64,000 nt of DNA from Phoronis australis (taxonomy: Eukaryota > Animalia > Phoronida), in NCBI GenBank assembly GCA_002633005.1, contig NMRA01000945.1:24678-88677 (forward strand), in the 5' to 3' direction. Each line of letters starts with the position of its first letter. Within the stretch, counting starts at the first letter, position 1. The notes below the pieces were generated by a model. That model saw only the letters and a program-made list of their open reading frames with translations, was not told the origin of the DNA and searched no databases. Of the stretch, positions 53,882 through 64,000 are shown in pieces. The position numbers and the translations under genes were made by a program.

Positions 53882-55325
53882 CTGCAAAACATGAGTATCC
53901 TTAATATCAGTTAGTGCCACAATAGTCCACATTTTCCGAGAAACTTTACAATTAAAAATGTGTTAAAAATAAACACAAACAAAATAAATTTAAAAAGACA
54001 GTAAATCCTACCTCACAATATTATTACAAGATAATTTAATTTTCGAAATAAAACACCTATAATACTCATTAATACTGTCAATCAATCACCAAAAGTTTTC
54101 AAAACTTCTTACCACTGAAATTTGTTAAATTGGCAAGCGTTGTCAAAGCTATTGTGCGAGTAAATCGGCGGCTTTTGAAAAGACCGCCTTCCTATGAAAC
54201 CACGTGATATTCTTGTTGTTACAGTTAAAATATGTTTAAAGGGACATTATAGGCAAAAAAGTGATTTTCTGAGATCAACCTCAGCGCTGGATCTAACCCA
54301 GAACACAGACCTAATGCTACATGTATGCTGGTAGAACTAAACCCCAATCCTTAGTGGCACAATTATTTTAAGCATCACTGGCCTTGGATGGATTTTAGCG
54401 TATTATGAGTTAGCGATTAGTCCGCAAGATTACAAAATTGCAAGGGATTTAGTTGTTTTATATAGCTCTGATCAAATCTAATAACTTCAAGAAGTCTACC
54501 TCCGCCAATAATAATCTCATTTTTCCAACGAAAAAATGACAATGCTCTTTTAAGCTATAAGTGCTACTTTTTGTGCAATACCAATCAACGCAACAAGTTT
54601 TGACAGGAATCAGTTAAGAACAAAACAGGAGTTAGCCTCCTGTTACTTCTGTGAGAACATAATAACCACAATGGAGGATACATTGCGCGGGCGCAGCGAG
54701 TCGGCATGGGTCTGCCGGAAAAGCAAAGCTGAAATATCAAATTCTAAAGCTCCCTGTGAATAGGATAAATTCTAATACAAAACGTGCAATTAGTTAAACA
54801 ACACAAAGGACCCAAGTCTATCAGTAAAAGAAACACAGATCGAGGAACGAACAGATTGAACAAGGTAATGTACCCGGCACGTCTATTGGCAAACAAATAC
54901 AAGCTCAGAGACGACAAAGAGTCTTCCTGCTTTTTAGAGCGAGCCCATGTACCCACGTCTGTTGTCCAACAAACATATGGCGAGAGACGAGCAGAAACAG
55001 TCTTCTTGTGTTGTTAAACAAGGCAATGTACCCGTGTCTATAGTCAAAGAAATACTAGCCGTGAGACAGGAGAAGTCTGTTCTCGAGTTTAAAACAAGTT
55101 CTGTCTACTTTCTACAGAATGTCCCAAAAGTATGACACTCTCTTTTGAATGCTTACGTATTGTAACAGGGCCATCCTGGATTACAGGGTGATAGATCTCT
55201 CTTTTGTCTTGAAAGCGCGTGACCTCGTTTTGGCAATAAATGAGGCACACGCTTTTTGCAGATCATGTAGGAAACCGACGAGGTGTGTAATCGTGTAAAT
55301 ATTCTGAATTTCAACCCATTATTAA

Positions 55326-55797
55326 AGAGGCCTGGAACGCCATTAACTGACTATATTGCAATATTTTAAAAAATGGTTCTCTGCCTCTGAAACAGAACTT
55401 AATCTGCTCACCAGGTATTTTTGGGATTTGTTCGTAAAGACTTTTAATTTCTGTTAATATCAAAGCATTTTCTTTTAGTTTCAAATTTCAAAAAATGATC
55501 TTTTCAACTGTTCGCCACTTATATGGAAAATGTGACCTTTGACCTCAAGCGACTTTAAGCAACTTACTGTGAGCGCATGCGCGCATTTACCATAAACGAG
55601 AAGAAGATTAGAAACTCTCTGGTAACTACAGACTTTTTCTTTCGTGCGTATTTACAAAATCGTGAATTTTGTAATTTTTCTGTAAATTTCCTCACAGGAG
55701 AAAGTGGATTACTTTGTACTAGACGTTGCAAGATGGTACTTTCGTCAAGATTATCATTTAAAAGATATTTTGACGAGCTTTCGAGTTCCATGCCTCT
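55326..55797. mobile_element. TTAA-flanked MITE (Kolobok-like termini)
   Basis: TTAA-agaggcctggaac ... gttccatgcctct-TTAA. Confidence 0.72.
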
Positions 55798-55859
55798 TTA
55801 ATAAGTATCGGAATTAAACGTGTATCTTCAAGAAAGGGAATTCTGTTAGATTCACTATT

Positions 55860-56030
55860 AACCCGACGAACTTATTTTACGCACTCTTTTAGCATTTTCC
55901 TGTTTCTCATTGATGTTGGAAAGGCGAAGAACTTCACATTACGCATCCACACGTATTTGTCCAGTTTATCAAATTCTCTCACGTCGGAGTTACAACCCAC
56001 AGCAGAGTAGCAATACTTCGTTAGCATTAT
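55860..56030 (-). pseudogene. Degenerate THAP-domain fragment, transposon-derived (MLTKYCYSAVGCNSD...NVKFFAFP...ECVK*VRR)
   Basis: N-terminal CxxxxC, FFAFP and V-x-R pattern of THAP domains. The conserved Trp is replaced, there is an in-frame stop, and no CxxHF follows. Confidence 0.6.
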
Positions 56031-58220
56031 GCTCGACAGGATCCCGCATTGCCATGTCGTGTTTGTATTTCGAGCATTGGCCTTCGTCAAAAAGTTGCCA
56101 TGAAGAGTTTTAATTTGTACTTGGTATGTTGTCTTAAAAACTCGAATGGTTTGTAGTCTACAAAAATTAAAAGCAACCCTTAGCCTTGTTTGAATTGTAC
56201 AGTTATCAAACATCCCTGGTCATACAACGTTAAATCCATCGTTTTTTATTACAAACTATAATAATTGTTTTATCCCAGAAGTGACGTACGTAACACTTAA
56301 GATCTACTTTTCTACATTTTAGTTGTGAAGAGACTATCATTATTGCCATTGAAGTTCGGGCAATGTGACCGAGAATTACATTCACCGCCGAAGTCCTAAA
56401 GATATTTATATTCTCCAGGATACTTCCATTTCTACATTACTTGTTGCAAAATGAAATATTGAACAGCAATAATACAGTACTCAATTGTTGGAGGGTATCC
56501 TGTGTTTTGCTATTAATTAAAAAAACGAGGAACGTTAGGTTGAAAACTTGTTAAAAAACGCAAAATTAATGTTTTTAAATAAATAATTTCAGCGACTTCA
56601 ATTGGCCAAAGAGCAAATCATTATCGTATACATTCCACAAAAAACATAAACATTGCCAAGTACAGGAATGTAAACCTTGAAATTTCCTGAACATTTTAAA
56701 GTGAATTTTACTCGGGCAAGATTTCAGACAAACGTAACGCCCACAACCAGCGTCGTCTGCTTCCGACACGCGACAGACCAACCTTGCAATCCTGAGCTAG
56801 TATTTTTTTTAATTCTATCTTGTCAGGTATTTTGTCATTCTAATGAAAAAGTCCGATATCCGAATTTCCAGTCTCGTTACTGTACGCAACAAAATATCTC
56901 TGTTATTGCCGCTTAACTCACCCGCCGGCTGGACTGGTTCAGCCAATGCGCATCTTGAAAAAGTCCGTTCCGTTTTTTATTTATGATAATTCATGACATG
57001 CATGCCGGCTTGCCGCATGTCATGAATCTCGACATAATAATTCACAGCGATCATCATGTACGTTACATAACACCCACGCACACGCACCCACACACACACG
57101 CTCGCGAGCGGGCGCGCGCACACACACATGTACACATTAACAAGTCTTTTGCGCGAAAGTTCTCTATAATCTGACATGCCTATCGGTCGCGCTGAAGTCA
57201 AATTATCGCTGTCGTAGCGAAAGTGGGAAAGAGTATAACGTCAAATCTCACCACCTAAAACACAAAATTATGAATCGTTATTTGTGACAAGCTCGTTTGA
57301 TACAGTGTTTGTAAATTCCTAATGACGTTATCATGAACATTTCTACACACGTACATGTACACGATAACGATGTAAGAACACTATCTGACGAATATTGTAT
57401 TAAATGTGATTTAAGCGTGATTTGTGACGGCAGCGATCGTTTGGTAGCCGACAACTACCCCACAATGCGCCCCGAGCGGTAGACGAAATCCCCGAAGAGA
57501 TCTGGCAATGAGCAAAGTTATTCTCCAGAAACTCGCACTGCTTTCTGGCATCCAGCGCGATGTCATTCAGGGGATTTAGCTCATACGAAAGACAAATTTA
57601 CAAACTTGCATGATGAACAAATGTGAACATTTGCCATGGTTTAGAGCTCATTTCTCTCGGGCCAAGGCACTAAATCGACCATCTTTACAATTGATCATTT
57701 AGTACGCACTGCTGATCGGAAGAGTGGTCAAATCAACTTTTGATGTATTCCAGAGTTCACAGAAGTGACACGTTTATGCTGATTTTTTTAAATATTGGTG
57801 ATCGAATCGCTCCCATCCACTTTCATGAATAGCTGCGTCTCCGATTTGTATGCAAACGTATAAACACATGTATAGTGTAACTTCTTTTGGGACAACCTGT
57901 ACGTCTATGTAACGTGTTTTATAAACATTACGAGCATGTTTTGAATAACCATAACTTCAAAACAGTTGACTAAACGTTTATCACCAAGAAAAGATAGCAG
58001 CAGAGTACATCCAAGACGCCCAAGCGCAGTTTGCAGTACCAGTAGTCTGTGACAAATGCACCAAAAGCCCAACTTCCCATAACCCAAAACGAACAAAATA
58101 TAAGCAATGTACGACACGTTACCTTTAATCTTTAGGCCTTGAATCTAAAATTGTTGGTGTATTTGCCATTGTTTAAGTTAATAAACATCAGTATATTGAG
58201 TTACTAAAAAAATTAGACAA

Positions 58221-58382
58221 NNNNNNNNNNNNNNNNNNNNNNNNNNNNNNNNNNNNNNNNNNNNNNNNNNNNNNNNNNNNNNNNNNNNNNNNNNNNNNNN
58301 NNNNNNNNNNNNNNNNNNNNNNNNNNNNNNNNNNNNNNNNNNNNNNNNNNNNNNNNNNNNNNNNNNNNNNNNNNNNNNNNNN
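58221..58382. other. Assembly gap (N run)
   Basis: Run of n characters. Confidence 1.
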
Positions 58383-59159
58383 AGTGTTTTAGTGCCCGGG
58401 CGTTGTTTTCGTTATAGGTGCATCTAATAGCCGAAACATCGTTTATTTTAGCATGTAAAAGTTTAAAAATTACATCTGAGTCTGAAAGTTTAGATATTTT
58501 GGAGCGGTGAATCTTCGGAGTGGTGAATCGTTGAAGTAGTGAACCTTCGGAGTAGTCAGTAAACCTTCCGAGTAGTAAACTTTCGAAATAGTGGGATGTC
58601 CCCATTTCCAGCGATGTAAGCAACTTAAGTAACACGCTAAAATACAACCAGATATCCTAGACTTCACATTTCCGTCTGAGTATGCAATGAGGTGTAATCA
58701 TTCATTTAAGCATGGCCGATCTGAAACTTCGGCAGGAAATAACGCGAGAATGTTCTCTTTTTGGACCACATTACATCCTAATTTCTGTCCCGTTCGTTGC
58801 GAGCAACCGTCACAGCATCCTCGTATCTGGTATTACAAATTCCGTCTCATCTCATGAACATGAGTCGTCATCATGTATACAGATTTCCCTTCCCCTTAAA
58901 TAAGCTGCGTCAAAGGCATCACCGAAAACTCTACAGTGTCGACGTTTGCAAAATACCAAGATCCACCGTTCTTGAAATTCGAACCACCCCCGCTCAATGC
59001 TGCCTACGGGCCTGAATAGGATATATGCATTTAAGTGGAGAGATAGGGGCGTCTAAAAAAGTCGCCCCTACATCGACCAAACCTCTGCACTCTCCTGCCC
59101 CACCGCTAAAAATGTCTGTAAAGTATCTTTTTTTGCATGCAGAATGTTGCTCGACATTA

Positions 59160-59985
59160 TGCAAATGGTTTCAAACTGTTACCTGCCGGGTTGATCTAGC
59201 TCAACTCAGGTACTTGGGCGTGTCTGGCGAGGATAACCCACCACTATATTTGTCTGGTAGTATCTATTCTTCAACCTGGGCTTACGGCGAATATTTTGCA
59301 ACTGGTTTTATGTGGTTACCTCAGGGTTGATCTACCTCAATTCATGTATTTGGGCATGTCTGGCGGGGCTAACCCACCACCAGATTTGTCTGGCAGTGTT
59401 AATTCGTGATACCTGGGCTTACGGTGAATATTTTGGAACTAGTTTTAGGCGGTTACCTCTTGGATTGATCTAGCTCAATTTTTAACCCTTTTTGATAATC
59501 GTCTGGCAGGGCCACCCCACCACTGAAATTGTCTGGCATCTAACTGTTGTTCCATGTTCAGTGATGCTGAACATCGTGCAATTGGTTTCAAACGGTTACC
59601 TGATGGGTTGATCTAGCTCAATTCTGGTATTTGGGCGTGTCTGGCGGGGGTAACCCACCACTAGATTTGTCTGGCAGTGTTCATTCGTGATACCTGGGCT
59701 TACGGTGAATATTTTGCGACTGGTTTCAAGCGGTTACCTCTTGGATTGATCTAGCTCAATTTTTGTACCCTGTATATGTTCGTCTGGCGGGTACTCCCCA
59801 CCACTGAAATTGTCTGGCAGTGACCAATTTTGATACAATGGATGACGTAGCAGGTACTGAAGGCAGTTTTAAGTGGTTACCAGAAAAGTTGATCTAGCTC
59901 AATTTTCTAGTGCAATTCTCTTGGCTCCCCTGACCACACCCACCAGAGCGAACCTGCCAGACGGCCATTTCCAAGCATCAGGATA
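59160..59985. repeat. Tandem ~140-bp satellite-like repeat, ~6 units, with dimeric higher-order structure
   Basis: ttgatctagctcaa recurs at about 59191, 59327, 59466, 59609, 59746 and 59889. Each unit has ggttacc and gtctggc...cccacca...ttgtctggca. Confidence 0.9.
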
Positions 59986-60559
59986 CCCATAGAGCACTGT
60001 GGCACCAAAGAAAATTGGTTACCTTTGGCATGCCCAAAAAAGCTCTGGGATCCCGGTCTATTACCAAATACAAACTGAATCTCATATGCAAAGAGTTATT
60101 TAGTTGTGCAAATTAAAAAAGAATCAGACAATGTTTAAGAAATTTATGAATGTTTTTGTCTATGAATTTCAAGCATTTTTAGCGTTACGAGTGGCCACTT
60201 TAAAAATCACAATGTCAACAGTAAAAAAGAAATTTATTTTACCAAGTAAGCAATTGCTTAGATATGACTGGAAAAAACTCGAGTCACTTTCAGAATCACT
60301 TAGGTGAAATTGTGCTTAATCATTGAGAAATGGTGGAGTTCATCATAAAGCAGGCACCGGTTACGAAATTTGTGAAATCTGTGTTTCTAACCCTCATTTA
60401 CTGTAAAGAAGGTTAAAACCTAAAGTTCACACTCTGTAATAAAAAGAACTGCAGAATATGTTAGCCTAGACAACACAGCAAATTATTCATTATCTTAACA
60501 AACCAAAAGTTTGGATATTGAATGGGTTCTGCTATGTTGAAAATGGGTCAAAAGGCGAA

Positions 60560-63020
60560 CATACTGTAGTGTACGTGCCCCCATGTGGAATTCAATAACA
60601 CAAATGGTCATTGGAAAGGAAATTATTGCCTTTTAAATAACAACATGGTGCTTTTTATCATCAAAGAAAAATAAATGGCCATACAAGATTGTGTTACCAT
60701 GTGCTGCAGAAACAGTGATGTAGTGCACGTACCCTCTTTTGTAGTGTACGTACCTCCGTGTTCACAAATGCCATGAAATTAAAATATCACTTGGAAAGTC
60801 AGCAACATTGGTCATACATAGTTTCCTTCCTTAAAAATGTAAGGTTAAAAGGGTGTTTATTGCAAATACATTTGTTTTGAGTGAAATATTGCATTTGTGT
60901 GGTGTACGTACCCCTAGATTATATTTGTGCCTATTTTCAAAGTATGGCAAATATGCACATGAATGCTGTTCTTTTTATTTTCTCTTTGAATTGAGTTAGT
61001 AAATCAACTAACTCTCAGTAGATTCTTAGTATTTAGTTACAAACTTGATACGTCATTGAAATGTATTGTACGTACCCGTGTGTAGTGTACGCAGTGGCGG
61101 GTCTAGGATATCACAAGGGGGGCCCAACATTTTGTCTGTAAACATTTGCTCAAAGAACGACCCTATATGCGCATAGCACCGGATGGGGGGAGGTCGGGAG
61201 GGGGGTTTGCCCCCACTCACAACCAGGCGCATAGAGTGCGCGTGCTTTACCACTACACCACCACGATTTCACTCCTAACTTGATCCTAAGAGACCTACTT
61301 GTTTATAGTCCACAGCGTTTGCGCGCGAAACTTCCTTCTTTTTGTAATGCTCATTACACTTTTTATATTTTGTGCAATCAGTTCGTAACAAATTTGATGT
61401 ATTTAAAATAGTCTTAAATTGCCCAAAAGACCAAATCCGTTTTTCGTGTTGGCAATAATGACGAGATTGCTTTGGAAATTGGTTTGACAAAGAGAGAATT
61501 ATTAGTTTCTGAGTGGTTCACTAAGGCTTCGATTAAAATTGATATCTTACCAGCAGCTTCTGTTTTTTTATCATCACTCAGATTCTATTTTCTTTAAAAA
61601 ATGAAGTAATTTTCTTCACTGCACAGTGGAGCAGACGACGAAAACGGAGTCGTAGTGCCCAGCGCCACTGCCGGTCGCCTGGGATATCGCGAGGGAGCCT
61701 ATACTTAGCTATAGTTCCGTTACGATTGCGCCGTGTTCCGAATTTGACACTTGAAATTGGATCTGAGCTCCCCCCCCCCAAATACTTAAACTGCACACAT
61801 TTAAATATTGTTTCAGCCGTATAATTTTAATTACCGGAGTTAACTAATAAACTCAACGCGACGCTCTTGCTGTTTTATTTTTTGCAGCAGCCAAGGGGCG
61901 GGGGGCGGGCCCCCTGGGCCCCCCCTAAATCCGCCTATGGTACGTACCCCGATGTGAGCAAGTACCATAAAACAAAAATATTACATGGTAAGTAAGCAAC
62001 CCTTGTCACAGTTTCCTCCATTAAAAATGCTAGGTTAAAAGGGTGTTAATTACAAATACATGTGTTTCGAGTGAAATATTAGCATTTGTGTAATGCACGT
62101 ACCCCTACAATATAACATGTGCCTGTTTTCAAAGAATGACAGACAGATATGCACATGTGTGCTGTACTTTTTATTTGTTCTCCTTGAACAGATTTGGTAA
62201 ATGAACTAACTCTCAGTAGATTCTAAGTACTTTTTATAAATCTGAAAAGTCATTGAAATGTAGTGTACGTACCCCTGTGTAGTATACGTACCTTCAACCT
62301 CTGTGCTATAAAGTATTGCCCACAAGTATTTTTACACAGTGCCAGAACTGTTGTTCTCATAAACAATAATGATATTTCCAAAATGAATCCAGTCTGACAA
62401 AAAAAAAACAATGGACATTATCAAATCTATGGACAATAAAATGCCACTCAGGACTTGGCTAGTGCTTAACATCCTATAAGACCCATCATGTGACAACTGA
62501 TATTGCAAAGGCAGGTTCTCTATCTCTCAAGACAACTTGCAACAAGTAGAGGTAGCACAAAACTCGAGACCATCTCATGCACTTGTAACTTAGTTAAAAT
62601 TTAACGTTGATTGACTATGCGTAGTGTACGTACCCCCCAAACCAGTACCATTTTTATCTGTTTACAAGTGGAACACTGGTAATAGCATTGCTTTAACTAT
62701 TTTGACCAACTGGTGAATGTATTGAAAACAAGGCAAATAGCACCAATAAAGTTTTTGAAAAGAAGTAGTTACATGTCATTTTCTTTTTGTAGGAATCATG
62801 TAATGCAAGAGAAGAAGTTCTCATTATACTGTGTTAAGATATGCAATGTATCATCATTTAGAACAACGTAATCAGCACGGTAATGACTTTTCTTACTTAA
62901 GTATGTGCTACTTCTTCAATATGATCAAGAACATATTAAATTAACATCTAACTTATGAATTTTTGCACTGTAGAAATGGGCTGTGACCACAAGTTGAAGT
63001 GTACGTAGGCCTACCCTTTT
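60560..63020. repeat. Region with ~12 copies of tgtagtgtacgtaccc and a ~340-bp tandem duplication (about 60740-61091 and 61940-62292) split by the MITE
   Basis: Motif near 60565, 60719, 60740, 60897, 61062, 61080, 62090, 62258, 62278, 62620 and 62998. Duplicated block ttaaaaatg..aggttaaaagggtgtt...aactaactctcagtagattct. Confidence 0.8.
61092..61939 (+). mobile_element. hAT-like MITE copy 2 with both ends and a 5-bp TSD (GTACG)
   Basis: Imperfect TIRs cagtggcgggtctag / ctaaatccgcctatg. GTACG at 61087-61091 and 61940-61944. It interrupts a tgtagtgtacgtaccc motif that occurs intact nearby. Confidence 0.8.
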
Positions 63021-63324
63021 ATACAACTGTGATGCATTAGGCCATAAAATTTTATTCGGTGGTTCTCGTGCAAAAATATTTTAAATCATTAACCTGGAAT
63101 GATGGTACTTAACAATAACCCAGCTTTTACAGTTATACGACAACCTTCATTTTTCACCAAAAGTGGCCACCGAATATGGACCTTGATTGTGATTTGCCCG
63201 AGCTGCACACTAGATGTCGCAAACTCTCCAAGTTCACTCATTATTCCAAGTTCACGCACAACATTCGAGTCGGATTTTTGGCATCTGAGTACCCTGTGTC
63301 AACCAAAGCACATTAAAGATGATT

Positions 63325-63512
63325 GTGGAAATTGGCATTTATGTTCCTATTGATGATTTTCCGACGACCCCAACAACTAGCTCTGGCGCCTCCTAGTGTC
63401 ATTTTTAAGCCCGTGGCTGTATCTCATAAACCCTTTGCAGGTTCTTTAATAAATTTAGCAAAGTGCATTTATACGAACTAGATAACAAAGGACGGCGACT
63501 TTCGGATGGATG
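63325..63512 (-). mobile_element. Inverted internal fragment of the same HINE-like family
   Basis: Reverse complement contains catccgaaagtcg, aaatgcactttgctaaattt, gagatacagcc and cactaggaggcgcc, as in 6290-6500. Confidence 0.65.
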
Positions 63513-64000
63513 ACTTCATTTTTGAAATATCCGAGTCATCCTGAATTTCATTACCCTGCCAGACGTAGACTTTAATACCTGTCTCGCGGCAAGAAAATCT
63601 AGCAGCGCGAATTGTACTAAATTGAAGGAAATGACGTGGAAGGTGACAGGCTTGCAAAAAAAAAACGCCAGTTTATCCATCAATTGTTTGAGGGACCACG
63701 ACCCCTAAGCTAAACCTCTGTTCATGAATCAAGACTGTCGAAGGACCCGTATCTTAACTTTGTCGTAGCCCCCACGCGGTTTAGTTTATGAATGTACCCA
63801 TTCATATGCAATTCCTACGAAGATGTCTTCGGTTTCTTCTCTGCAGGATCACATGATCCATTGAAAACAGCGTCTCGCTCGGTATTCAGTATCTCTAAAA
63901 GGCGGGTTTATTGATCTGGATGGTGTAACGAAGTGGTTACCTGGTTGTTGCACTTTGTCTTAGTTGACTTTGAAACGTTCTTCTTCAGCAGTTGTAATTT

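Noticed and set aside
58213-58647. 144-aa ORF
   Set aside because: An artefact of reading through the N gap and a short 17-bp tandem repeat at ~58505-58590.

Overview
This is AT-rich, intron-rich eukaryotic genomic DNA that looks like a bilaterian invertebrate; the taxon cannot be determined from the sequence. Almost all ORFs in the supplied track are spurious. (1) Positions ~1-36.1 kb carry the 5' half of a minus-strand BAIAP3/Munc13-4 (UNC13D, Drosophila staccato) family gene. I reconstructed ten coding exons by hand, all with GT-AG boundaries and consistent phases, covering the N-terminus, the C2A domain with its Ca2+-ligand Asp residues, and the start of the helical/MUN region. The gene runs off the left edge. 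There is also a candidate alternative first exon and a candidate 30-nt microexon. (2) Positions ~50.0-53.9 kb carry the last three exons of a minus-strand multi-Kunitz/BPTI protein with atypical P1 residues and two extra cysteines; its 5' end is unresolved. (3) The rest is transposon and repeat DNA. It includes Helentron-associated (HINE/DINE-1-like) elements whose ~140-bp subunits each carry a CTCF-consensus motif, TTAA-flanked Kolobok-like elements, a Harbinger-like MITE, a MITE with a 5-bp TSD and a tRNA-derived segment, a 5'-truncated L1/Tx1-type LINE with a 13-bp TSD, a THAP remnant, several minisatellites and an assembly gap at 58221-58382. The most intriguing signal is the phased, co-oriented array of CTCF-like motifs in the intronic HINE-like elements. 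All calls were made by eye with no database searches.
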